Assembly (NCBI RefSeq): GCF_016714285.1
Contig: NZ_JADJNN010000012.1
Coordinates: 154,040-218,039, forward strand
Direction: 5' to 3'
DNA length: 64,000 nucleotides
Source: Nannocystis sp.
Lineage (GTDB): Bacteria > Myxococcota_A > Polyangia > Nannocystales > Nannocystaceae
Shown: positions 26,468-35,686 of the stretch, piece after piece
Numbering within the stretch: position 1 is the stretch's first letter
How the letters are laid out: every line of letters begins with the position of its first letter
Made by a program: the position numbers and the translations under genes
The notes under the pieces: generated by a model
What the model was told of the DNA's origin: nothing
Database searches by the model: none
Seen by the model: only the letters and a program-made list of their open reading frames with translations

Positions 26468-26680
26468 ATGCGCACCGCATTTCACCTCGTCCTCGGTCTG
26501 TCCCTCCTGAGCCTCGGCGCCTGCGCCGAGCAGCCCGGCAAGAAGAAGGAAGAGACCAAGGCCGAGACCAAGACCGACAGCAAGACCGACAAGCCCGACG
26601 GCACCAAGACCGAGACCAAGACCGAGACCAAGGTTGAGACCAAGGTCGAGACCCCGCCGACCCCGCCGCCGGCCACCTGA
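26468..26680 (+). CDS. small secreted lipoprotein with Lys/Thr/Glu-rich repetitive tail
   Basis: MRTAFHLVLGLSLLSLGACAE has a lipobox. It is followed by KKKEETKAETKTDSKTDKPDGTKTETKTETKVETKVETPPTPPPAT. Its stop overlaps the next ATG (TGATG). Confidence 0.5.
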   Translation: MRTAFHLVLGLSLLSLGACAEQPGKKKEETKAETKTDSKTDKPDGTKTETKTETKVETKVETPPTPPPAT

Positions 26681-27609
26681 TGCGCCTCCCGCTGCGTCAT
26701 CCGCCGCCCGTGGCGGACACGCCGCTGCGACGTTGCGCTCACCTCGAGGCGCTGGCCGAGTCGGCCCTCGGCCTCGGCCTCGGGCCCGCGGCCGCCCTGG
26801 TCGCGCCGATCCACGCCCGCGGCCGCTTCGGCAACGCCCTGCAGTGGCACTTCGGGCTCGACCCCCACGACAGCTCCGAGCAGCTCGACTGGGAGGACCG
26901 CATCGAGCTCAAGCTGGTGTCCGTGTGGCGCCGCCGCGACGGCGGCCTCGCCTGCGACAAGCTCAAGGTCTGCGACATCACGGCCGACCCGTGGCGCAAG
27001 CTGGGCAACGTGCTGTGGGTGTTCGCCGATCGCATGACCCGCGCGATCGTCGGTCACCGATTCACTCGGCTCGCCGGGGCGGCCCGCAGCTCGCTCGCCG
27101 CGGCCTGGGACCACGACCCTCACTTCGACCGCCCCGCGATTTTCGTCGAGGCTCGTGAGCAGGACGAGCGCCAGGCCCCCGCGTACTACCTCAGCGCCAC
27201 CTGGCTCGCCGAGCACGTGCTGCCCGCGAGCCTGCCCGGTGTCTACCGATTCGACGCGAAGTGGTGGTCCGAGGCCCGCGGTCACGGCCGCTGGCGCCGC
27301 GATCCCTTGCTGGCGCTGTGGCGCGGCGAGCCGTCACCCGTGGCCTGCCCGCGCTGCGGCGGCCCGCTGCGCTGCGAGCTCGATCGGCTGCGGGCCGAGG
27401 GCTGGTCGCCAGCCGTGCACGCGATGCCGCTGGGCCCCGACTGTGGCCTGCAGGCGCACGCGGTGCTCGCCATGGCCGGCCTGCCGCTGGCCCCTGGCGC
27501 CCTCGGCTTCGACGATCTGGTCGCCGCGATCGAGAGCCGCGTGGCGGCGAGTCAGGTCGCCCGCCTCAGCGACCGCGTGCTCGAGCCCGAGGACCACGAG
27601 CACGACTGA
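26680..27609 (+). CDS. MutH/Sau3AI-like PD-(D/E)xK nuclease-fold protein with C-terminal Cys4 zinc ribbon
   Basis: GNALQWHFGLDPHDSSEQLDWEDRIELKLV aligns with the MutH catalytic region (PDFPELGVELKT, i.e. D...E.K). The C-terminus has CPRCGGPLRCELD. Confidence 0.45.
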   Translation: MRLPLRHPPPVADTPLRRCAHLEALAESALGLGLGPAAALVAPIHARGRFGNALQWHFGLDPHDSSEQLDWEDRIELKLVSVWRRRDGGLACDKLKVCDITADPWRKLGNVLWVFADRMTRAIVGHRFTRLAGAARSSLAAAWDHDPHFDRPAIFVEAREQDERQAPAYYLSATWLAEHVLPASLPGVYRFDAKWWSEARGHGRWRRDPLLALWRGEPSPVACPRCGGPLRCELDRLRAEGWSPAVHAMPLGPDCGLQAHAVLAMAGLPLAPGALGFDDLVAAIESRVAASQVARLSDRVLEPEDHEHD

Positions 27610-27633
27610 CGGACGGCCCGCGATCGCGCTACC

Positions 27634-29505
27634 GTGCCGGCCTCACGGAGGAGCATGACGCAGGCAAACCCTGGCTTGGCGGAGTTCACGGCGCGCGCGG
27701 TGATCACGGGCATCGTCCTCGGGCTGGTGTTCGGGGCGGCCAACGCCTACCTCGGCCTCAAGGTCGGCATGACCGTCTCGGCCTCCATCCCCGCCGCGGT
27801 GATGACCGTCGCCGTGCTGCGCCGTCGCGGCGTGACGATCCTCGAGGCCAACATGGCCCAGACGATCGGCTCGGCCTCGACCTCGCTGGCGACCGGCACG
27901 ATCTTCACGATCCCCGCGCTGTTCCTGTGGGGCCTCGCGCCGCCGTACTGGCAGGTGGTCGTGCTGGCGCTGCTCGGCGGCCTGCTCGGGCTCGCGGCGA
28001 TGATCCCCCTGCGCCGCCTGCTCATCGTCCAGGCCCACCACGAGCTGCCGTACCCCGAGGGCACCGCCTGCGCCGAGGTGCTGCGCGCGACCACCTCGGG
28101 CGCCTCCGGCAGCGCGTGGATCTTCCGCGGCATCGCCGTCGGCGCGCTGGTCAAGCTCGCCGGCTCGCTGCTGTTCCTGATGCCCACCGAGCTGCACGCC
28201 GGCCTGCCGATCCTGCCGCGCGCCGAGCTGGCGATCGAGGTCGCGCCCGCGCTGCTGGCCGTCGGCTTCATCCTCGGCTACCGCCAGGCCGCGGTGGTGG
28301 TCGCCGGCGCCGTGATCTCGTCGCTGGCCCTGATCCCCCTGATCGCCTGGATCGGCGCCGGTCTGCCCGGACCGCTCTACCCCGAGCCGCTCCTGCGCAT
28401 CGCCGACATGGACACCGGCGAGATCTGGGCCCGCTACATCCGTTACATCGGCGCCGGGGCGGTCGCCACCGCCGGCGTGCTCACCGTCGCCCGCAACCTG
28501 CCGACCATGCTCGGCGCCTTCGTGGCTGTCCTTCGGGGCATGCGCAAAGGGACAGGTCCCACCAGCGACGAGCGCACCGACCGCGACCTCCCCGGCAGCT
28601 TCATCGCCGCCGCGATCGCCACCGTGGTCCTGGTCGTCGCCCTGGTCCCCGGCGTGCTCGCGGGTGAGATGGGCCTGGCCGCGCGCTCGGTCTGCGCGGC
28701 TGGCGTGGCGGTGTTCGGCCTGCTCTTCGTCACCGTCGCCGCGCGCATCGTCGGCATCGTCGGCGTGTCCTCGCAGCCGACCTCGGGCATCACCCTGGTC
28801 ACCCTGCTCGGCACCGCCTCGCTGTTCGCCGCCTTCGGCTGGGTCGAGCCCGGCGCCCGCGCGGCGGTGCTGACCGTCGGTACGATCGTCGCGGTCGCGG
28901 CCTCGAAGGCCGGCGACATCTCGCAGGACCTCAAGACCGGCTTCCTGGTCGGCGCCACCCCGGCGCGCCAGCAGCTCGGCCAGCTCATCGGGGCCGCGTG
29001 CGCCTGCTGGGCCGTCGCCGCGACCGTGATGCTGCTGTCGAGCTACGGCTTCGGCAGCAAGGAGCTGCCCGCCCCGCAGGCGACCCTGATGAAGACGATC
29101 ATCGAGGGCGTGCTCAGCGGCGAGCTGCCCTGGGGCCTGGTGCTCACCGGCGCCGGGGTCTCGGGCGCGGCGATGCTGTGCGGCGTCTCGGGCCTGGCCT
29201 TCGCGATCGGCGTGTACCTGCCGCTGGCCTCGATGGCCCCGATCTTCGTCGGCGGCTGCGTGCGCGCCATGGCCTCGCGGGGCGCCGCGCCGGAGCGCGA
29301 GGGCGAGGCGCGGGCCGGCATCCTCGCCGCCTCGGGCGTGGTCGCGGGCGAGGGCCTCGCGGGCGTGCTGGTCGCCGGACTCGTCGCCGCGGGCGTGCTC
29401 GCCAAGTCGAGCCCGCCGCTGCTCTCGGGCGTGTACGGCTCGCTCGTCGCCGGCCTCGCCGTGGTCGGCGTGTGCGGCTTCCTCGGCCGCGCCGCGCGGG
29501 CCTAG
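27634..29505 (+). CDS. OPT-family oligopeptide transporter
   Basis: It is a polytopic membrane protein (~16 TM) with OPT signatures ...ATGTIFTIPALF... and SQDLKTGFLVGATP. Confidence 0.8.
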   Translation: MPASRRSMTQANPGLAEFTARAVITGIVLGLVFGAANAYLGLKVGMTVSASIPAAVMTVAVLRRRGVTILEANMAQTIGSASTSLATGTIFTIPALFLWGLAPPYWQVVVLALLGGLLGLAAMIPLRRLLIVQAHHELPYPEGTACAEVLRATTSGASGSAWIFRGIAVGALVKLAGSLLFLMPTELHAGLPILPRAELAIEVAPALLAVGFILGYRQAAVVVAGAVISSLALIPLIAWIGAGLPGPLYPEPLLRIADMDTGEIWARYIRYIGAGAVATAGVLTVARNLPTMLGAFVAVLRGMRKGTGPTSDERTDRDLPGSFIAAAIATVVLVVALVPGVLAGEMGLAARSVCAAGVAVFGLLFVTVAARIVGIVGVSSQPTSGITLVTLLGTASLFAAFGWVEPGARAAVLTVGTIVAVAASKAGDISQDLKTGFLVGATPARQQLGQLIGAACACWAVAATVMLLSSYGFGSKELPAPQATLMKTIIEGVLSGELPWGLVLTGAGVSGAAMLCGVSGLAFAIGVYLPLASMAPIFVGGCVRAMASRGAAPEREGEARAGILAASGVVAGEGLAGVLVAGLVAAGVLAKSSPPLLSGVYGSLVAGLAVVGVCGFLGRAARA

Positions 29506-29545
29506 GAGCGGCGCGTCGACCTCCGCCGCGGGCTGCTGGCGACGA

Positions 29546-30172
29546 TCAGTCCTCCTCGCTGACGTAGCTGGCGAGGGCAGGGTAGGGGTGCAGCGGCGCC
29601 CCGATCAGCCACAGAGGATCGACCGCGAAGGCCCCGAGCTTGACCGTGAGGTGCAGGTGCGGCGCCTCGCTGCGCCCGGTGTTCCCGACCAGCCCGAGCG
29701 CCACCCCGCGATCCACCGGCAGCCCGACGTGCACGAGGATGTCGCTCATGTGGCCATAGAAGCTGGTCACCCCGAGCCCGTGATCGACGATCACAAGGTT
29801 GCCGAGCAGCGGGTCGCTGCCCGCGAAGCTCACCACACCCGGGCCGATGCTGAGGATGAGGTCGCCGGTCTCGCCGCGCAGGTCGAGCCCGCGGTGCAGC
29901 TTGGTCCCCGCGCCCGTGATCGGGTTGGTGCGCCACCCGAAGTACGAGGTGATGTGCACGCTCTCCACCGGCCAGTCGAAGCGCAGCCCCGGTCGCGCGA
30001 ACTCGATGTCGCCAGCGTGGAACGCATCGGCCAGCGGCGCCGGCGTCTGCTCGCGCGGGCTCGCCGGCGTCTCCTCCGGGGACACCCCAAGGCCCGCGTC
30101 GCCCGCGTCGACCGCGACCCCGGCCTCACCGCAGGCGGCCAGGAGCAGCAGCGCGAGGGAGCGGCGGAGCAT
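29546..30172 (-). CDS. M23-family (LytM-like) metallopeptidase lipoprotein
   Basis: The lipobox is LLLLAACGE. The M23 motifs HRGLDL...VDHG...YGHM...GNTGRSEAPHLHL are present. Confidence 0.8.
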   Translation of the reverse strand: MLRRSLALLLLAACGEAGVAVDAGDAGLGVSPEETPASPREQTPAPLADAFHAGDIEFARPGLRFDWPVESVHITSYFGWRTNPITGAGTKLHRGLDLRGETGDLILSIGPGVVSFAGSDPLLGNLVIVDHGLGVTSFYGHMSDILVHVGLPVDRGVALGLVGNTGRSEAPHLHLTVKLGAFAVDPLWLIGAPLHPYPALASYVSEED

Positions 30173-30216
30173 CGCGGCGCGACCCTACCCGATCTCCCGC
30201 CCGCGTACACCCGGCC

Positions 30217-31248
30217 TCACGCCGGTGCTTCGAGCACCGCGAAGTCGACCAGCCGCGCCACCAGATCCGGGGTGAGGATCACCCCCTCGCGGGCCAGCTC
30301 CGCGAGCACCTGCTCGGTCGGGCGACCGTCAAAGCGCGGCAGCAGGGCGAGCAGCTCGTTCGGCAGCTCGAGCGCGTCGCTGTCGCTGTAGGTCACGACC
30401 CGAGTCGTCGTCGGCCCGCGCTGCGCCAGCTTCACCGTCCCCGGCACCAGCACCGCCGGCGGACGTCGCAGCGCGACCAGCCCCGACGCCGGCCCGGCCG
30501 AGCCCTCCGATCGCAGCGCCGCGTGGGCGGCCTGCAACTGCTCCACCAGCGCGGCCAGCTCGGGCCCGCCGATCACCTGTACTTCGGGCCAGCTCAGCTC
30601 GTCGACCAGGGCCGCCGCGCGCAGGTAGTAGTCGCGGCGCAGCGGCACCCAGGCCGACCACTCCGACAGCGAGTCATCGATCTCCGCGGCCCCCGGCGGC
30701 GCCTCGCGGTACAGCAGCTGACACGCGCACCAGTGGCACAGCTCGCGCTCGGCGAGGGTCAGCAGCGCCTCCGCGGCCTGCCAGAAGCGCTGCCCGGCCG
30801 CGCCGCGATCGTGCTTGCAGAACCAGGTCGCGCACACGCCGTTGCGCTGGCGCCAGATCCCGCACAGGCCGCCCTGCTCCGCCAGGTAATGCGGGCAGCG
30901 CAGGTCGGGGTCGCGGCCGAAAGTCTCGGCGGCGACCAGCGCCTGGTAGCGCGCGCGGTCGGCCTCGCTCACGTCGAGCCCGTGCGGCGTGCAGGTCGCC
31001 AGGTCCTCGATCCGCGACTCGAGGCTCGCGCGCCCCGGCCCCGGCGGCAGCTCGCGCAGCGCCGCACCGACCAGGAAGTTCGGCAGCGCCGGCACGTAGG
31101 TGCAGCACTTGGCGTCGGCGCGGAAGCGGTAGCCCTCCGCCACCGCCTCGCCCTGCATCGCGCAGCTCGAGCAGGTCGCCGCCTGTTCTTCGGGCAATGT
31201 CCCTCCGAGCAGGTCGGTCAGCCATTTCGCGTAGCGCGGCGGCAGCAT
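30217..31248 (-). CDS. hypothetical Cys-rich cytoplasmic protein
   Basis: The start is taken at MLPPRYAKWL. There are about 14 Cys in clustered pairs (CSSC, KCC, CTPHG, CPHY, CGIW, CATWFC, CHWCAC). No family is recognised by eye. Confidence 0.4.
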   Translation of the reverse strand: MLPPRYAKWLTDLLGGTLPEEQAATCSSCAMQGEAVAEGYRFRADAKCCTYVPALPNFLVGAALRELPPGPGRASLESRIEDLATCTPHGLDVSEADRARYQALVAAETFGRDPDLRCPHYLAEQGGLCGIWRQRNGVCATWFCKHDRGAAGQRFWQAAEALLTLAERELCHWCACQLLYREAPPGAAEIDDSLSEWSAWVPLRRDYYLRAAALVDELSWPEVQVIGGPELAALVEQLQAAHAALRSEGSAGPASGLVALRRPPAVLVPGTVKLAQRGPTTTRVVTYSDSDALELPNELLALLPRFDGRPTEQVLAELAREGVILTPDLVARLVDFAVLEAPA

Positions 31249-31535
31249 CGTGCGTGCGCGCCGACGTGATCTTGTCGCGGCGCGAGGGCCCATCGTACCA
31301 TCGCCGCGGGGGTGACGGGTGGACGGGCGGGGTGGGGCGCGGGTCTTCGACGCGGGGGTTGTGCGGCGCGTGCCAGGCGGCATCGCCTCGCAGACCCTCG
31401 CACAGCTGCAGTCGCTGCGTCCGGCACATTCGCCACATTCGCCACACCGGGGCGACATCGTCGCGTCCAGCGCTCCGGCAGCGGCTATCGTCGCGCGCAT
31501 GTCCCCGAGGCCCCGCACCCGCCGAGCCGAGCCCC

Positions 31536-31955
31536 GTGTTCGAGCAGCGCCGCACCGTCGTCGCCGCCGACATCGACGCCCTCGGCCACGTCAACAACCT
31601 CCGCTACCTCGAGTGGGTCCTCGCCGCCGCGATCGATCACTCGGAGGCCGTCGGATGGAGCCTCGCCCGCTACCAGGAGCTCGGCGCCGCGTGGGTCGTG
31701 CGCTCGCACGCGATCGAGTACCTGCGCCCCGCCTTCGTCGACGACGATCTGCTCGTCCGCACCTGGGTCAGCGAGATGACCAAGGTCAGCTCGCGCCGCA
31801 AGACGACCGTGTCGCGGGCCGACGGCACCACGCTAGCCCGCTGCGAGACCCTCTGGGTGTTCGTCAGCCGCCGCGCCCACGCCCTCGACCGCGTCCCGCC
31901 CGAGCTCGCCGCCGCCTTCCCGCTGATCCCCGACGCCCCGCCGCGCGTCCGGTGA
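31536..31955 (+). CDS. acyl-CoA thioesterase (4HBT/YbgC-like hotdog)
   Basis: From a GTG start: MFEQRRTVVAADIDALGHVNNLRYLEWV...RSHAIEYLRPAFVDDDLLVRTWV. The upstream part of ORF 31197.. is junk. Confidence 0.6.
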   Translation: MFEQRRTVVAADIDALGHVNNLRYLEWVLAAAIDHSEAVGWSLARYQELGAAWVVRSHAIEYLRPAFVDDDLLVRTWVSEMTKVSSRRKTTVSRADGTTLARCETLWVFVSRRAHALDRVPPELAAAFPLIPDAPPRVR

Positions 31956-32027
31956 TGCTGGCCCGCCCCGCGTCGGGTGATGCGGGTCCCGGGCGCTCCG
32001 CCGCGCGTCCGGTGATATAAGGCTCGC

Positions 32028-33050
32028 ATGTCCACCACGCCCGTCGTCACCGTGCTAGGCGCTGGCAGCTGGGGCACCGCGCTGGCCCTGCACGCCGCGC
32101 GTCGCGGCCTCCGCACCCGCCTGTGGACCCGCAGCGTCGAGCACTTCGAGCTGATGCGACGCGAGCGGAGGAACGCCCGCTACCTCCCCGACTTCCCGTT
32201 CCCCGACAACCTCGAGGCGAGCGCCGACCAGGCCGCCGCGCTCGCCGACGCCGCGCTCGTGATCCTGGCGATCCCCAGCCACGCCCTGCGCACCTCGTTG
32301 CTCGCCGTGCGCGAGGTCCAGGCCGAGCTCGCCGACCCGCCGCTCTACCTGGTCGCGGCCAAGGGCGTCGAGGTCGACACGCTCGCGACGATGGCCGAGG
32401 TCGTCGCCCAGACCCTGCCTCCCGCGCACGCCCGACGCATGGCCGTGCTCGGCGGTCCGAGCTTCGCCGCCGAGGTCGCCCGCGGCCTGCCCACCGCCGT
32501 GGTCATCGCCAGCCACGAGCGCGCCGTCGCCGAGCAGATCCAGCACATGCTCGGCGGCGACGGCGTGCGGGCCTACGTCACGGAGGACGTCGTCGGTGTC
32601 GAGCTCGGGGGCGCCTTCAAGAACGTCATCGCCCTCGGCGCGGGCGTGTGCGACGGCGCCGGCCTCGGCCAGAACGCCCGCGCCGCGCTCATCACCCGCG
32701 GCCTCGCCGAGATCGGCCGCCTGTGCCACGCCCTCGGCGCCCACCCGGCCACGCTCTCCGGCCTCGCCGGCCTCGGCGACCTCGTGCTCACCTGCACCGG
32801 CGGCCTCTCACGCAACCGCCGGGTCGGCCTGGCCCTCGGCCAGGGCCAGCAGCTCGACGCGATCCTCAAGGAGATGGGCATGGTCGCCGAGGGCGTCAAC
32901 AACACCCTCAGCGCCCACCGCCTGGCCCGGCGCGAGCGCGTCGAGATGCCGATCACCGCGATGATGCACGCGATCCTCTACGAGGGCATCAGCGTCCGCA
33001 CCGCGGTCGACGCGCTCATGCAGCGAGATCTCAAAGCGGAGCGCGACTGA
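32028..33050 (+). CDS. gpsA: NAD(P)H-dependent glycerol-3-phosphate dehydrogenase
   Basis: The Rossmann motif VLGAGSWGTALA is present, together with ...GGAFKNVIALGAG... and C-terminal GpsA signatures. Confidence 0.9.
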   Translation: MSTTPVVTVLGAGSWGTALALHAARRGLRTRLWTRSVEHFELMRRERRNARYLPDFPFPDNLEASADQAAALADAALVILAIPSHALRTSLLAVREVQAELADPPLYLVAAKGVEVDTLATMAEVVAQTLPPAHARRMAVLGGPSFAAEVARGLPTAVVIASHERAVAEQIQHMLGGDGVRAYVTEDVVGVELGGAFKNVIALGAGVCDGAGLGQNARAALITRGLAEIGRLCHALGAHPATLSGLAGLGDLVLTCTGGLSRNRRVGLALGQGQQLDAILKEMGMVAEGVNNTLSAHRLARRERVEMPITAMMHAILYEGISVRTAVDALMQRDLKAERD

Positions 33051-33324
33051 CAGGACTGAGTGGGACTGCCAGTGGAGCGAGCCACAGCAGCGACGGGAGC
33101 GCGACAGGGCGCCGCGCGGAAAGCCGAAACCGCGGACGTTTCGCGGCCCGGCCCGGCGCCCGCGGCCACCGCCCAGGTCCGAGTCCGTGCACAAACACCG
33201 GTAGTCCTCCGGGTCAATGCCCACGCCATCGCAGCGAAGTCACCGCCTCACCACCCGCGGGCCGCGTCTCGCCCTCTGCCCGGGGCTTGGCGCTGGATCC
33301 CGGATCCGTTAGGCTGGTGCGACC

Positions 33325-34905
33325 TTGAGCAACATTGAGCCCACGCCATTCGGCGACAAATATGTGCTGGTCGAGCACATCGCGACTGGCGGTATGGCGG
33401 AGATCTATCGCGCCCAGTACTCGGGCATCGAGGGCTTCGCCAAGGAACTCGTGGTCAAGCGCCTGCGCGAGGAGTTCGCCGCCCGCCCCAGCGTCGTCCA
33501 GATGTTCCTCGACGAGGCCCGCGTCGCCGCGACGCTGACCCACCAGAACGTGGTCCACACCTACGACCTCGGCGAGCTGCAGGGCGAGTACTTCATCGCC
33601 ATGGAGCTCCTCAAGGGCGAGGAGCTGGTCGCCGTGCTGCGCCGCGCCGTCAAGACCGGCCACATGTTGCCGATGCAGATCGCGATCGGCATCGTCATGC
33701 AGTCGCTCGAGGGCCTGCACTACGTCCACACCCGCGCCGACGATCGCGGCCGCCTGCTCGGCCTGTGCCACCGCGACATCAACCCCACGAACATCCACGT
33801 CGGATACGACGGCACCTGCAAGATCGTCGACTTCGGCATCGCCGCCACACGCGCCAGCCTGCAGACGGCCGGCGAGGGCCAATTCGCCGGCAAACTGGCC
33901 TACATGGCCCCGGAGCAGGTCCTCGGCCACGAGCTCGACCTCCGCGCCGACATCTTCGCCCTCGGCATCGTCCTCTACGAGATGTGCCTCGCCCGCCGCC
34001 TGTTCCGCGGCCTGCCCGAGGAGGTCGCCGAGCGCATCGTCGAGGGCGACATCCCGGCGCCCACCTTCGTCAAGGCCGAGTTCCCGCCCGCGCTCGAGGC
34101 GATCATCATGAAGTCGCTCGAGGTCGACCCCGCCGAGCGCTACCAAAATTGCGACCACATGTTCCGTGACCTGGAGAAGTACACGGAGCAGGCCGGCATC
34201 CGCTGCACGCCGCGCATGATCAGCGCCTACATGAGCGAGATGTTCGGCGAGGGCGCGCCCGCCGAGGTCAACTACGACGATCAGTACGACGACCTCGTCG
34301 ACGAGGCCCTCGACTTCGACAAGTTCGACTCGCTCGAGGCCGCCAAGAACGACGACGCCCCCGAGTGGGCCCGCTCCTTCGAGTCCCAGCCGGACACATC
34401 CGGCGTCCGCAACAAGAAGTCGATGACGATCGGCAACCTCGAGGCCCTGCTCGGGCCCGAGTTCCAGCAGCTGCGCGAGCAACAGGCTTCGGCCGCGGCC
34501 ACCCCCGCCGCCACCGAGTCCGACGCCGCTGGCTCCGGGCGTCGCGGCAAGAAGGCTGGCCCGCGTGAGCGGGTCGCCATGCCCCGCATCGAGGCCGAGG
34601 CCCCGCCGCGCAAGGGCCCGGCGACCCGGCCGCCCGTGCCAGGCCCGGTCGCCCCGGTCCAGAAGCAGGGCCCCGCGCAGCTCGGCCGCGTGCCGACCGC
34701 GGGCCGCCCGGTCATCCGCCCCGGCCAGTCCATGACCACCGGCGCGCTGTCCTCGCTCGACACGGGCGCGACCGCCGGCAGCTTCGGTCACGGCGTGATG
34801 GCCGAGCAGAACAAGAAGGGCGGTGCAGCCCTCACCTGGCTGCTCGTCATCTTCGGCCTCGGCGGCCTGGGATACATCGCCTACACCGTCTTCACCATGA
34901 AGTAG
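33325..34905 (+). CDS. Hanks-type Ser/Thr protein kinase with C-terminal TM anchor
   Basis: The start is a TTG. It has the Gly-loop region IATGGMAEIYRA, VAVKRL, catalytic HRDINPTN, DFG and APE, then a Pro-rich linker and a terminal TM helix LTWLLVIFGLGGLGYIAYTVF. Confidence 0.85.
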   Translation: MSNIEPTPFGDKYVLVEHIATGGMAEIYRAQYSGIEGFAKELVVKRLREEFAARPSVVQMFLDEARVAATLTHQNVVHTYDLGELQGEYFIAMELLKGEELVAVLRRAVKTGHMLPMQIAIGIVMQSLEGLHYVHTRADDRGRLLGLCHRDINPTNIHVGYDGTCKIVDFGIAATRASLQTAGEGQFAGKLAYMAPEQVLGHELDLRADIFALGIVLYEMCLARRLFRGLPEEVAERIVEGDIPAPTFVKAEFPPALEAIIMKSLEVDPAERYQNCDHMFRDLEKYTEQAGIRCTPRMISAYMSEMFGEGAPAEVNYDDQYDDLVDEALDFDKFDSLEAAKNDDAPEWARSFESQPDTSGVRNKKSMTIGNLEALLGPEFQQLREQQASAAATPAATESDAAGSGRRGKKAGPRERVAMPRIEAEAPPRKGPATRPPVPGPVAPVQKQGPAQLGRVPTAGRPVIRPGQSMTTGALSSLDTGATAGSFGHGVMAEQNKKGGAALTWLLVIFGLGGLGYIAYTVFTMK

Positions 34906-34950
34906 TTGGGTTGCAGTCAGCAGTGCGTGCGTGAACGCGAGGCTCGTCGG

Positions 34951-35664
34951 ATGAACAGCGCTGAGGTCCAAGGAAACCACACCTGGGGGAAGTTCTCCGC
35001 CTTCCGCGTGCTCGGCGATCACGAGCCCATGCCCGGCTTTCGCCTCGTCATGCAGTTCGCCCCGCGGCCCGAGGGGTTGACTCGATTGCTCGAGCAGCGC
35101 GCCCGCCACAGCGACACCCTCGACTCCGAGCTCGCCCGCCTCACGGTGCGCGCCGGCATCGGCCTGCTGCAGTCGCACAACGTCTCCTTCGCCTACGCCA
35201 ACGCCGAGGAGGTCGTCGCCCTCATCCGCCCCGACGCCGTCGCCCGCATGGGCTCGTCGCTCGCCGTCTATGAGCAGCTGCTGTCGATGTACTCGGCGCG
35301 CCTCGCTGTCCTGCTCGGCGAGGAGCTCCACGTCCACGGCCACATCTTCGAGTTCCCCGACCTCGGCATCGCCCGCCGGGCCTTCGTCGCCGCCCAGGAG
35401 TGGGCCGAGGAGGGCACGCCCCTGCGCTCCGCCAGGCGCCTCGGCTCGCAGCTGCGCGGCCAGGGCCAGGGCTTCCACGCCGGCAGCATCGACTCCGTCG
35501 AGGGTCAGATGACCACCCTGCGCGGCGCCGGCGTCGACCTCGACGCCCTCCCGCACTGGTGGTGGCGCGGCATCGCGGCGCGCTTCCGCAGCGACGGCGG
35601 CGTCGAGCTCTACGACGACGTCCCGCACGGGGCCGAGCTCGCCGCGCTCGTCTCGGACGTCTAG
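34951..35664 (+). CDS. hypothetical protein (possible Thg1/TLP-like fold, divergent)
   Basis: From MNSAEVQGNHTWGKF. Segments AYANAEEVVALI, RMGSSLAVYEQLLSMYSA and HVHGHIFEFPD weakly parallel the Thg1 motifs AYGQSDEYSFVF, RRASKFMTHVASQFASS and PGFDGRVVVYP, but with substituted acidic residues. This is a low-confidence recollection. Confidence 0.3.
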   Translation: MNSAEVQGNHTWGKFSAFRVLGDHEPMPGFRLVMQFAPRPEGLTRLLEQRARHSDTLDSELARLTVRAGIGLLQSHNVSFAYANAEEVVALIRPDAVARMGSSLAVYEQLLSMYSARLAVLLGEELHVHGHIFEFPDLGIARRAFVAAQEWAEEGTPLRSARRLGSQLRGQGQGFHAGSIDSVEGQMTTLRGAGVDLDALPHWWWRGIAARFRSDGGVELYDDVPHGAELAALVSDV

Positions 35665-35686
35665 CCCACGCGCGCAAGGTCCCCGC

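Noticed and set aside
33060-33324. ccgcggacgtttcgcgg small hairpin after gpsA as a terminator.
   Set aside because: The stem is only 5 bp and the context is GC-rich with no U-tract, which is too weak to call.
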